The notes under the pieces are model-generated. The model ran no database searches. It had not been told where the DNA came from and saw nothing but the letters and a program-made list of their open reading frames with translations. Below are positions 46,982-56,877 of a stretch of DNA of 57,636 nucleotides, in pieces. The translations under genes were made by a program, and so were the position numbers. Location of the stretch: sequence record SRR31156797_1773. One strand, 5' to 3'. Positions within the stretch are counted from its first letter, which is position 1. The number at the start of each line of letters is the position of its first letter.

Positions 46982-49900
46982 TTAATTTATAAATACTTTT
47001 TTTATTTTTGATTTTGTATCTGTTTTCAATGAAATCATGTAGAATCCTTTGGGCATATTTAAAAGTGTCAGGTCTTCCTGACCTGTCAGGTTTTTTGAAA
47101 CCACTTGCTGTCCCAATAAATTATATACCCTAACCATTCCCGGCTCATCGGTGTTGATAAATACCTGATTTCCGTAATTGTAAATTTCGATACCAGCATC
47201 CGGCTGATTTTCCTCAAAACCGGTTGCTCCGTTTATGAGTAGCAGGAACCTGTCAGAGGAAGTATTCGTTGATTGGTTAATGGAGATTGAGTTATGTGTT
47301 TTTAAGTTATAAATAATTCCGGTTTCCAAATCTTTTAATGAAATGTCCACCGTTTCCCAAAAAGTGTTTTGAATAACGGCTATTGTGTATTCTCCATCTT
47401 CACCAACTTTGAGGCTGAGCGGGATGGTGATTTCCTCCGCGCTGTAAGGCAGCTCGTTTATGCTGAGTTTAGTGTCGCCAGTTCGTGTATATAATTGTGG
47501 TGCTGCTTCAACACCGGAAAGCTTGTGGGCATCAAAATCATGATCAAAACCATAGGATGCTTCTGGATTAAAATGGATGTAGGTTTTATCTGAGAATCCG
47601 TTGCCTTCAACTTGCATTACCAGCAAATCCTCAATAATTTCTTTCGATTTCAGAAAGTTGGTTGATGTGTGTGCTCTTGCAGCATTGGGGATAGTCAGCG
47701 TTGGGTTTTCGGAAGCTTTGATGAAAAAGCCATTCATGGGTGGGATAATCCCGTCATCAAGGCCACCGACAGTTCCATTCCAACTTAGGTATTGCCCGGC
47801 GTTACCATCAAAAACATAAACAGAGCCATCGATGTTGGTGCGTTCACATTCGTCCCAGTCCAGGCCGGAAGGGTAGGGGTTGCCCATCAGGTTCCAGCCT
47901 ATGCCGCCGCTTTCGGTGTAGGTGATGGCTGGCGTGGTGGTTTCGTCAAAAGTAAAATCGCCGGTATTGAGTTCGCCTTCAAAAAGTTTGGTTACATTTT
48001 CATTATAAGCGATGTTGTACCCACGGCCAACCACGAAGTTTTCTTCAAAAGCAGGGTCCCAGTTTTCGGAGTTGTCTTTGGCGTTAATCCAAATATATTG
48101 CTGTTCGGAAAACTTATAAAAATCTTCATTGGGATTAGGTGGGTTGGCTACGAAAATAGGCTGGATAGGCTGCTGGATAACCGGTGAAGAAAGATAGTGC
48201 CAGCCTGCGGTGTTGTCATATTTTGGGATGTAGCGTTCAACCGTGGCATTAGCGCCGGATGATTTATGGATTAATGAGGCCGTGCCCCCGCTGTTTGAGT
48301 TGAGTACCAGTCCGGCAGTCCCGGCTTCGTTAATGATGCTGTCGGCCACTGTTAGGGCTTTTCCTTCGCTGATGTTGAGGGATGCCCCTGCTTCGATTTT
48401 TAGGCCGAGGCATTGGGCAGGAGCTGCAGGATCGCTTAAAACGATGGGTTGAGTTCCTGCAGCCTCAATCAAAACAAGGTCGTTGGAAGTTGGCCCGCTA
48501 AAGGTTGTGCTCCAGTTATCGGCGGTGCTCCAGTCGCTGCTTTTTGCTGTGCCTTTCCAGCGTTTCCAAACAGCTTCCGTTTCTATCCAGTCATTATTTT
48601 CAATGAGGTTCAGGGTTCCGTCGTTATCATTCACCGACATATCGAATAAACGGTAGCCGGCTGTAGCGTCAAAATCGTAATATGCCACCAGGTTGGTTTC
48701 ATCCCCGTTTAGGGTTCGGTGCATATTTTGCCTGATTTCGGTTTGGCTGCGTACCACATTCCAAATTCTTACTTCGTCCATTAACCCATCAAGATATTGT
48801 CCATTGCTTGTACCGGAGGCAAGCACCTTGTCGCTTGTATTATCGGCATAATCAAAGGCCGTTTCGGTAAGGCTAACAGATAGACCATTTACATAAAGGG
48901 TGTGCGTCCCTGTTCCGGTACCAGAGCGTGTGTACGCTATGTGTGTCCATTCTCCGGTTGAAATAGCATTGTCAGCTGTTTCTATTACCCATGTGCTTGG
49001 GCCTGTTACCGCTATCCTATTGGTGCCACCGTTACCCGGACCTATTTCCAATTGAAAAGAATTGGATTCATTTTCAGTCCGTGTTGAAAACAGTCCCTGT
49101 CGTACGGTAAGATCATCCGGATATATCCAACATTCAATGGTCATTGTGTTTCCCAGGTCGAAGCTGCTTTCATTTCCCAGGTTTACATATTCATCAACCC
49201 CATCAAAAGATAAGGCGTATCCGGGAGGATTGAAAGGTGTATTGAAAATGATTTCTTCGCCATAACCGGTTCCTTTAGAATTTGTTGCATAAGCTCTTAC
49301 AAAATAAGTGGTGGATGGTAATAATGCGGTTAGTGTGCTGGTATAGCTGCCGGTTCCCGAGCCATTGGTCGTTATGTTATCCTGAATATCGGGTGTTCCA
49401 GAGGTATTCCAGCAAACGCCACGTGCCGAAACTGAAAATCCACTATTCGTGATTACGATACCCCCGCACGTAGCTGTACTGTTGCCTATATTGCTTACCT
49501 GTGATGTGGTAACTCCTGGAGTATTCAATTGGCGGTTCCATCCGATAAAGTCATTGTTATCTGACCAAACAATATCGAGGTCTCCATCACCATCCATATC
49601 TCCGGCAGCAATTGATTCAATATTAGCATTCAATTGATTATCTAAAACCATCTTTGTGAAATTACCGTTTCCATCGTTCACCCAAAGTTCAGGACCCGTA
49701 TTGCCGTTGAGAATGTCAAAATCTCCGTCCCCATCAATATCAACTACAGAAAAGGTATAACAAGTACTTGGACCTAAAATTTCATCTGTAAAATTTTGAT
49801 TTCCATCATTATAGCTCACCAGCAAATGTGAATTATTCAAAACTCCAACGATGTCCAGGTAACCATCACCGTTTAAGTCAGCTACCTCCCTGTCATGTAC

Positions 49901-52900
49901 CGTCCACATATGATGGTAAGTAAAAGAGTTATTTTCCTTGTGTTCATACCAAGCTCCAGAACTAATAAAGTCGATATCACCATCCTGGTCCAGATCTGCA
50001 ATTGCACAAGCTACATTGAATAGATTGTCAGGTAAGTATCTACGGGAAAAGTTACCAGAACCATCGTTTTCATACCAGGCTCCAAATCCATTGACAGAAC
50101 CAGTCACATCCATATCCCCATCCTGATCAATATCCACAGGAATAGCAGGAGCATAAAACTGACCGCCTGCATCATCATCGATTATGTGTTCTGTGAAGTT
50201 TTGATTCCCATCATTCTCAGCCCAACGTAATTCAGTATCGGCAGAAGGAGTTGTGCGATAATAAAGAATATCCCTATCCTGGTCACCATCAAAGTCCGTA
50301 ACAGTTATCTCGGCTTTATTTACCGTTGGCAATAATATCTCATGTGTTACAAAACTGGCCGTTCCATCGTTTTCCATCCAGTAGATTTTGTCTGATGTAT
50401 CATCTTGCCCAATAATATCCATGTCACCATCACTATCCAAATCCACCACTTTAATATTGTAACGAAAGTTTATACTATTATTAAGCGATGATGCCGGGCC
50501 AAAGTTTGCTGACGACAGCTCTTTTTGAGCGATATTGACCATGTAGTCTTCAACTTCACCGGGGCCTCCATACCATAGGGGAGTGCTAAATTTGTAATCC
50601 CCCACCCTGAACCTGGCAAAAGTTACCCCTGCCACGGCAAAATCGGGAACATCAAATACCAGGGTAGTGGTACCAGTACTAACAGACAGGTTCCATGCAA
50701 TCATTTCCTCCGGGCCACCCCAATAACTATCACCATTCCAATCGATCCAGGCATTGAGTACAGCAGGGCCATTCTGGATATTCACATCTACGGATGCATC
50801 ATGTGCGCCAACCGTAAGGTTTTGCCAGTTGCTTACCCCATCTTCATCATCATTTCCGTCATTATCATCACCATCGGCTTGTGCACTTGTCTGTGTGCTT
50901 AAATCTTCATCAGGCGGATTGCCCAATGACGGTCCGTTTAAAAGATGTGTAGCACCCTTATCTTCCATGCTTCTACTGTATGGCAAAGGAGCATCACCGC
51001 AATCGAAGCCCCCCTGGAAGAAAACCCGTAGTCCAAAATCACCAACCTGTACAATATCCAGCATGCCATTTCCATCCATATCCACTGCGGTGCTTACCCT
51101 GCTTCTATAGAAATCCGGAAGGGTGTTAAATGTACCGTCACCGTTATTATGAAGGATGTCTCCGGCGAGGATATCCAGGTAGCCATCGCCATCGATATCG
51201 GCTAAGTTCAGGTCAAAAGATTCTGGTATGTTATCAACCAACAGGTGCGACGTGAAGCTATTATTCCCATCGTTTTCGAACCAGAATAACTGATCCGTAT
51301 TGTAGTCACTTAAAAGGACGTCATAATCACCATCATTATCAAAATCAGCTGGCAAGCAATCGTGTAAACTATGATTGATATTCAGTGTATTAACATTGAA
51401 TTGATGTGTTCCATTATTCATACATAAATAAACACTACCACCACCCCCCAAAATATCCAGAAATCCATCATGATTCCAGTCGATGAAATTCATGTCATTC
51501 TGTGACAGGTCCTGACTAATCAGGGTGGATTCAGTGAAGTTTTCTTCTCCATCATTTTCAAACCAATTTACTCCACCTAATCCGGAAAAAATGTCCTTGT
51601 CACCATCACAGTCCAAATCGCCAACGGTTAAACTATAGCTGAATTGGCCAAAAAAATCAGTTGTGAAACCCTGATTTCCGTCATATTCAGAAATGGCAAT
51701 TGCACCGGGTGAGCGCCTTCCTTCAATCACATCCTGAAAGCCATCCATATTTATATCCGTAAGTACAAGATTTCTTGTGTCTTCTATATCATAAACGAGG
51801 CTTATTTTGCTAAAATCCAGGTTTCCTTCGTTTCGTAGCATGGATGGGTTAACATAATCCGTTATTTCATGTGCACCAATTACGAAATCAATATCCCCAT
51901 CATTGTCCATATCGCCTGCATCCAGAAAATCCACTTCAAAATCAGGGTCATATAAATTATGTGCAACCTGTGAAAATACCAGAGTACCGGTTGCCGCAGT
52001 TATCGTAACCTCATAATCCTCCACTTCACCTTCATAAGCAAATCCAGTTTGGCCGAGTCCATTTTCAGAGCATAATCTGAAACGTGCATAAGTTGTTTTG
52101 GCAGTAATATTTGCCGGGACGTCAAATTCCAGCAGGTTATTGCCAACTGAAACCGGTAATCCATCAACAATTTGCTCATTCAATCCTCCCCAGCTTCCAT
52201 CTCCGTTCCAGTCAATCCAGGCTGACAGATAAGCATTGCCACCCTGCACATTAACAGTAACAGATGCATCCAATCTGCCAACTTGTAGATTTTGCCAGTT
52301 GCTTATGCCATCTTCATCCGCACCATCGCCATCGGCATTGGTGCTGTGAGCTCCGTCACTTTCTGCATCACGGGTAGCGCCCAAAGTAGGCCCGGTTGGG
52401 ATATGACAGGCGCCAAACTCCGATTTTGTCACAAAATATGGAGCCGGGGCATCACCAAAATCCAGGGTAAAGGGAATAGTCGATGTCACCCAATCGCTGT
52501 TATCCATGTTGTTGAGCGTAAGGTTTACTGACCCTGTGGCATCATACGCAATATTGCCTGAGCTTTCGTTAAGTTTATAGTACACTTCTAATCCAGTTTC
52601 CGATCCGGTGAGTTCGACCAGCATGTTTGAGCGAATCTCCTGCTGTGAACGTTCCACCGTCCACACTCTAACTTCATCCAGATAGCCATGCATGGGTTGG
52701 CTTGGGTGGCTGATCTCAAAGTCGGTATAGGTTGCAAAAAGGCCATAACCAACATCCTGTTCTCCAATCAGCACACCGTTCAGGTAAAGCTTCATGATAT
52801 GATTGTGAAATGTGCCTGCCACATGGTACCATTTGCCAGATTCAAGTACATCATTTACACGCAGATGTTTTAGCCCATCACTTGTTTTAACGAAAAAGTG

Positions 52901-53437
52901 CAGTTGCCCCACAGCACTGGTTCCATCATGACGGATGCAAGCTACATCATCGGCATAGGTGAGGTAACGGTTTTTGGTTGCTGAAAGGTTGTGATGATAC
53001 ACCCAGGCTTCTACGGTTATGTCCCCGATGGTCCATGGAACGCCGGTACCTGAACAATAACCATCTACGCCATCGAAATCGAGCATGTCGCCCTGCGCTG
53101 CAGTGAGCATAGGAAATAAAAGGAACATCGCAGCAATGCAAAGGGATACTGAAATGTTCTTCTTTTTTTTCGTTTGGCTGTATTTCCTTACCTTGATGGC
53201 TCCATAAACCACGGTAAGCGTTCCAAGAATTAATAAGCCTTCACCAACCGGAGCACCTCCACCCGGGGGTTGGTTGCCGTTTTTGCCATGTTCACCTGGG
53301 GGAGGTGGTGGGTCACCGTTTTGGCCTTGCATACACAAAGGGCTCAGTGATAAAATGCTAAAGAGTAAAATAATGGGAATTGCCTTATCAATATTCCAGG
53401 TTTCTAAAAATGTGGTGAACTGTAAAAAAGTTTTCAT
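46982..53437 (-). CDS. Giant T9SS-secreted protein: PID-CTERM-like N-terminus, LamG, GEVED, FG-GAP repeats, GEVED, FG-GAP repeats, FN3-like, LamG, CTD
   Basis: ITVEAWV...WYHVA..LDEVRVW (LamG, twice), DFGDAP...GEVEDY (twice), many D.D.DGD.D repeats, RGVCW...YFVRAYATN..GT.YG, C-terminal VYNLLGQ...GFY..KKVFIN. Confidence 0.92.
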   Translation of the reverse strand: MKTFLQFTTFLETWNIDKAIPIILLFSILSLSPLCMQGQNGDPPPPPGEHGKNGNQPPGGGAPVGEGLLILGTLTVVYGAIKVRKYSQTKKKKNISVSLCIAAMFLLFPMLTAAQGDMLDFDGVDGYCSGTGVPWTIGDITVEAWVYHHNLSATKNRYLTYADDVACIRHDGTSAVGQLHFFVKTSDGLKHLRVNDVLESGKWYHVAGTFHNHIMKLYLNGVLIGEQDVGYGLFATYTDFEISHPSQPMHGYLDEVRVWTVERSQQEIRSNMLVELTGSETGLEVYYKLNESSGNIAYDATGSVNLTLNNMDNSDWVTSTIPFTLDFGDAPAPYFVTKSEFGACHIPTGPTLGATRDAESDGAHSTNADGDGADEDGISNWQNLQVGRLDASVTVNVQGGNAYLSAWIDWNGDGSWGGLNEQIVDGLPVSVGNNLLEFDVPANITAKTTYARFRLCSENGLGQTGFAYEGEVEDYEVTITAATGTLVFSQVAHNLYDPDFEVDFLDAGDMDNDGDIDFVIGAHEITDYVNPSMLRNEGNLDFSKISLVYDIEDTRNLVLTDINMDGFQDVIEGRRSPGAIAISEYDGNQGFTTDFFGQFSYSLTVGDLDCDGDKDIFSGLGGVNWFENDGEENFTESTLISQDLSQNDMNFIDWNHDGFLDILGGGGSVYLCMNNGTHQFNVNTLNINHSLHDCLPADFDNDGDYDVLLSDYNTDQLFWFENDGNNSFTSHLLVDNIPESFDLNLADIDGDGYLDILAGDILHNNGDGTFNTLPDFYRSRVSTAVDMDGNGMLDIVQVGDFGLRVFFQGGFDCGDAPLPYSRSMEDKGATHLLNGPSLGNPPDEDLSTQTSAQADGDDNDGNDDEDGVSNWQNLTVGAHDASVDVNIQNGPAVLNAWIDWNGDSYWGGPEEMIAWNLSVSTGTTTLVFDVPDFAVAGVTFARFRVGDYKFSTPLWYGGPGEVEDYMVNIAQKELSSANFGPASSLNNSINFRYNIKVVDLDSDGDMDIIGQDDTSDKIYWMENDGTASFVTHEILLPTVNKAEITVTDFDGDQDRDILYYRTTPSADTELRWAENDGNQNFTEHIIDDDAGGQFYAPAIPVDIDQDGDMDVTGSVNGFGAWYENDGSGNFSRRYLPDNLFNVACAIADLDQDGDIDFISSGAWYEHKENNSFTYHHMWTVHDREVADLNGDGYLDIVGVLNNSHLLVSYNDGNQNFTDEILGPSTCYTFSVVDIDGDGDFDILNGNTGPELWVNDGNGNFTKMVLDNQLNANIESIAAGDMDGDGDLDIVWSDNNDFIGWNRQLNTPGVTTSQVSNIGNSTATCGGIVITNSGFSVSARGVCWNTSGTPDIQDNITTNGSGTGSYTSTLTALLPSTTYFVRAYATNSKGTGYGEEIIFNTPFNPPGYALSFDGVDEYVNLGNESSFDLGNTMTIECWIYPDDLTVRQGLFSTRTENESNSFQLEIGPGNGGTNRIAVTGPSTWVIETADNAISTGEWTHIAYTRSGTGTGTHTLYVNGLSVSLTETAFDYADNTSDKVLASGTSNGQYLDGLMDEVRIWNVVRSQTEIRQNMHRTLNGDETNLVAYYDFDATAGYRLFDMSVNDNDGTLNLIENNDWIETEAVWKRWKGTAKSSDWSTADNWSTTFSGPTSNDLVLIEAAGTQPIVLSDPAAPAQCLGLKIEAGASLNISEGKALTVADSIINEAGTAGLVLNSNSGGTASLIHKSSGANATVERYIPKYDNTAGWHYLSSPVIQQPIQPIFVANPPNPNEDFYKFSEQQYIWINAKDNSENWDPAFEENFVVGRGYNIAYNENVTKLFEGELNTGDFTFDETTTPAITYTESGGIGWNLMGNPYPSGLDWDECERTNIDGSVYVFDGNAGQYLSWNGTVGGLDDGIIPPMNGFFIKASENPTLTIPNAARAHTSTNFLKSKEIIEDLLVMQVEGNGFSDKTYIHFNPEASYGFDHDFDAHKLSGVEAAPQLYTRTGDTKLSINELPYSAEEITIPLSLKVGEDGEYTIAVIQNTFWETVDISLKDLETGIIYNLKTHNSISINQSTNTSSDRFLLLINGATGFEENQPDAGIEIYNYGNQVFINTDEPGMVRVYNLLGQQVVSKNLTGQEDLTLLNMPKGFYMISLKTDTKSKIKKVFIN

Positions 53438-53480
53438 AATTGATATGTTTATATTCGATGATATTTGCTTGGAAATCTAA

Positions 53481-53750
53481 CTATTCAATAATCTCAAAGG
53501 ATTTGAAGATGGCCTCATCTATGTCCTTAATACTTATGTTTTGAATTTCAGAACCCGGGCAACCTAATCTGCAATATTTGATGAAGTGATCCATATTATC
53601 CTTTTGCCCAGTTGCATCTATGGCAATGGTGCTGTCGTCTTGATAACGCACGGTACCAATAATGCTGCAATGCTTCGCCATCTGTTTGATGAAATAGCGC
53701 AAACCTACTTTATAAACTTTACCTGTGAGGGATATGTGCAGGTTTATCAT
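53481..53750 (-). CDS. Acylphosphatase-like protein with degenerate active site
   Basis: GKVYKVGLRY...G.VR...I.A.G...F...C..G.P.S.I...F.I fold pattern. Confidence 0.75.
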   Translation of the reverse strand: MINLHISLTGKVYKVGLRYFIKQMAKHCSIIGTVRYQDDSTIAIDATGQKDNMDHFIKYCRLGCPGSEIQNISIKDIDEAIFKSFEIIE

Positions 53751-53831
53751 GATGCGATGATACTAACTGCTCTCTCTGATATGATGGGTGTTTGCAACCA
53801 CGCTCTTATACATTTGACCTTTATGTGATCC

Positions 53832-54713
53832 TTAATTGGTTATCACATAACCATATGCACCGTCCGATGATAAATCCGTACCCATAGGTGCATCACCAAA
53901 GGTGTCGATCCTCCGGAAATTACCATGTTCATCACCCTGAAATAGTTCGTATCCCTGGGTTATCACCCACAATGTTTTCCCATCCGATTCGCAGCAGATA
54001 TCCTGGGGCTGGTCATCAAATTCATAAATGTGGCCAACATATTCACCATCTGCGTATTTGCATACTTTTTTCTCTATGGTTATTACGTAACCCAGGGAGC
54101 CATCATCAGACAAGGTAACTTCCAACGGTATACTACCAAATGAATCTATGGTAATGAAATTCCCGTCTGTATCACCTTCGTGTAGTTTCTGATCATCAGT
54201 TGTAACCCAAATTTTGTTTCCGTCACCGGTGCAGGCTACGCCAATTGGTTCGCCGTTAAAACTGTGAATATGACCGACATAATTACCATTTTCGTATTTG
54301 CAAACATGGTTTCCACTGCTTGTTAATACATACCCCAGAGAACCGTCTGACGATAAAACGACCGATTGTGGGGTATCTTCAAAGGTATCGATGGTATGGA
54401 AATTCCCATTTTCATCTCCCTGTTTTAGCTCACCACCGCTTGGGTTGTAAAATGGATGCACGCCCTTGTAATTGGTGATAACCCATACTTTTTTACCATT
54501 TGATGTACATGCTATGTCGTAAGGTATGTCATCAAAACGCCAGGTATGCCCCTTGTAAATCCCATGTTCATATTTATCAACATGGTGTCCCTCGTTTGAA
54601 CCTTCAAGTGAATCGTCATCGATATTGTCATCGTCATCTTTATCACAACCTGCGGCAATTATCAATAGCAGAAAAACAAACCCCAGTAACTGAAATAATT
54701 TTTGTGTTTTCAT
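53832..54713 (-). CDS. Lipoprotein built from three ~75-85 aa tandem repeats (predicted beta-propeller)
   Basis: MKTQK...AAGC lipobox then acidic linker (start 54713 preferred); 3 x KY..G.Y.GH...F...P....C..[ND]G...WV.T...L..GD..GNF..ID.F...P....LS.DG..GYV.T. Confidence 0.88.
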   Translation of the reverse strand: MKTQKLFQLLGFVFLLLIIAAGCDKDDDDNIDDDSLEGSNEGHHVDKYEHGIYKGHTWRFDDIPYDIACTSNGKKVWVITNYKGVHPFYNPSGGELKQGDENGNFHTIDTFEDTPQSVVLSSDGSLGYVLTSSGNHVCKYENGNYVGHIHSFNGEPIGVACTGDGNKIWVTTDDQKLHEGDTDGNFITIDSFGSIPLEVTLSDDGSLGYVITIEKKVCKYADGEYVGHIYEFDDQPQDICCESDGKTLWVITQGYELFQGDEHGNFRRIDTFGDAPMGTDLSSDGAYGYVITN

Positions 54714-54876
54714 AATTTTTGTTTTTAAATTGAATTCTGTTTTGCTGTTTAATTCGAAAATAAAATTACATTGATGCCGTAGGCGATGCAAATTGTAGTG
54801 GTAAACATTCCGCAAAACGGGTAAATAATCCTCAAGGATATTGAGTAAGGGCCTGGAAATTAAAAAATAAGAAGTT

Positions 54877-54897
54877 TTTGTAGATCGATCCTACAAA
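54877..54897. promoter_or_regulatory. Inverted repeat between the AraC regulator and the lipoprotein gene
   Basis: TTTGTAG-ATCGATC-CTACAAA. Confidence 0.4.
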
Positions 54898-54930
54898 TCA
54901 TGTTTGAACAACATAAAACTCAAATATCAC

Positions 54931-56670
54931 TTAGATCGAAGCGATTGAATCTTTGAAATAGGAAGGGGTGAGGCCGGTGATTTTTTTAAAATTTTTATGA
55001 AATGCCACCCTGGAGTTGTAGCCGGCCATTTCTCCAACTGCTTCAATGGAGAGATGGTTGTATTTTGAATTGGTGAGGAATTGCCGCGCCGCTTTAACCC
55101 TGAATTCATTGATAACTGTGTTGAAGTTTTTTTGGTAAACCTCGTTGATGGCCTTTGAAAGATAGGTTCGGTTGGTTTCGAGCACGGGGCAAATGTCATC
55201 AATCTTCAGGTCGCTGTACAGGTAGGGCTTCTCGTCGAGCATATATGCATTGAACTTCTTTATGAGTTCAGCATTTTTGTCATTTTCTGCGGGCTGATAT
55301 CCTGGGATATTATCCGGCTTGATATTTCTTTTTTCGATGAGTTCACGATCGTATTCGGCCAATTCCAGGTTTTTGGCAACCAGGTTTCGGTAGGCAATTG
55401 TTCTTTTACGAAGCAGAAACAGGATCAATGAGATGAGGAGCAGGAGCACAATCAATCCGATGGTGAGGTAAAGAATGTGTAGCTCCTTTATTTCATTTTC
55501 AGTTTTCAGTTCTATGTTTTCTTTTTCCTTTTTCTCGGTTTCGTATTTTATTTCCAGTTCGGCAATTTTTGATCTGGTATTTTCACCCACCACCGAGTCC
55601 TTCATCTCGCTATACTGCCGGAAATACGCGAGGGCTTGTTGGGTTTTTCCCATTTTTTCATAAACCTCAGCCAGTTTTTCATTAGTCAGATATATCCTGT
55701 TTTTGGCGTTTAATGCTTCGGCAACGGATAAAGATTCATGGAGGTACAACAGTGCTTCATTGTAATTTTCTTCTGATATAAATATTCCTGCGATGTTGAA
55801 ATTTACAAGCGATAATCCAAATTTATCACCTGTTTTGGAAATGATTGATTTTGCCTGCTGGTAGTAGTACAAAGCACTGTCGGGGTTGCCGATGTTGGAA
55901 TGGATGTTTGCCACGTTGTTGTAAATGGCCGTTTGGTAGCGCAGGTGATTTATTTTTTTGGCAATTGCTAGGGCCATAAAATAGTTTTGCATGGCCAGGC
56001 TAAAGTTTTTCCGGGCTTTATAAACCATACCCATGTTTGACAATGAAGCAGTGATACGGATGCTATCGTTTATGTCCTGTGCATTTCTTAATGCCTTGTT
56101 ATAATATTCAAGGGGTTTTTCCAAACTATCAAGATTGTAGTAAAGCAATCCGATGTTTGTATATAAAATGGCTGATAATCTTTTGGCGGAGGATTCTTTG
56201 TCTGGATTCAGGATGAGTGTGTCACAACTTTTTTCAGCCTTTTGGAAATTATCGATGGCTTTATCATAATCACCCATCTGCATGTATGTATCTCCAATGA
56301 AGTTTGTGATTACCGAACCATCCAGGTATTCACCTGCATCAAAAAAGAGTTTTTCCGACCTGAAAAAATACTTCAGGCTCTTTTCATAATTTCCTTTGCT
56401 GTAATTGGCATAGCCGATTTTTTTCCAGGCATCAGCTTCCTCTGCTTTGTCTCCTAAGTTTTTTGCGATTTCAACAGCCAAAAGCCCGTACTTTTCGCAA
56501 CTATCCAGCGATTGGAACATACAGCCACGTGTAAGGGTTTGAAGGATTTCGAGTTTCTCTAAACCCTCGGTTTCTTCAAGCTTCAGTTTGAGGCTATCAT
56601 TTGTGGCTGAAGAAACCTGAACAAGAAGAGAGATGGTTATTGTAATCGCAATTCTTATCATCAAATTCAT
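54931..56670 (-). CDS. Membrane-spanning TPR-sensor AraC-family regulator
   Basis: Signal peptide, TPR repeats, TM helix, KPYL..DL.I......TNRTYLS.AIN...NF...IN.FRV..A, GY.S...F...FKKITGLTPS. Confidence 0.93.
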   Translation of the reverse strand: MNLMIRIAITITISLLVQVSSATNDSLKLKLEETEGLEKLEILQTLTRGCMFQSLDSCEKYGLLAVEIAKNLGDKAEEADAWKKIGYANYSKGNYEKSLKYFFRSEKLFFDAGEYLDGSVITNFIGDTYMQMGDYDKAIDNFQKAEKSCDTLILNPDKESSAKRLSAILYTNIGLLYYNLDSLEKPLEYYNKALRNAQDINDSIRITASLSNMGMVYKARKNFSLAMQNYFMALAIAKKINHLRYQTAIYNNVANIHSNIGNPDSALYYYQQAKSIISKTGDKFGLSLVNFNIAGIFISEENYNEALLYLHESLSVAEALNAKNRIYLTNEKLAEVYEKMGKTQQALAYFRQYSEMKDSVVGENTRSKIAELEIKYETEKKEKENIELKTENEIKELHILYLTIGLIVLLLLISLILFLLRKRTIAYRNLVAKNLELAEYDRELIEKRNIKPDNIPGYQPAENDKNAELIKKFNAYMLDEKPYLYSDLKIDDICPVLETNRTYLSKAINEVYQKNFNTVINEFRVKAARQFLTNSKYNHLSIEAVGEMAGYNSRVAFHKNFKKITGLTPSYFKDSIASI

Positions 56671-56877
56671 AAAATGTTGCCTCTAAAATAGCAATTTATT
56701 TCCTAATTAAATTTTGTGTTTTTGGAATTTCAAACCTATATATACGCTCATTGATTTGCGATTCATGGGAATATGTTTCTTTGAATCAGCTTTCCGGATT
56801 TATGAATAGTCCTTTATATTGATTCAAAATCCCTAAATTTGATCCGTTTATTTTGCCACTAAAACACCCAATAAACA

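Noticed and set aside
53163-53170. A8 tract at the PID-CTERM-like junction as a phase-variation or slippage site
   Set aside because: Short tract explained by Lys codons; neither shifted frame stops promptly to yield a clean stand-alone protein
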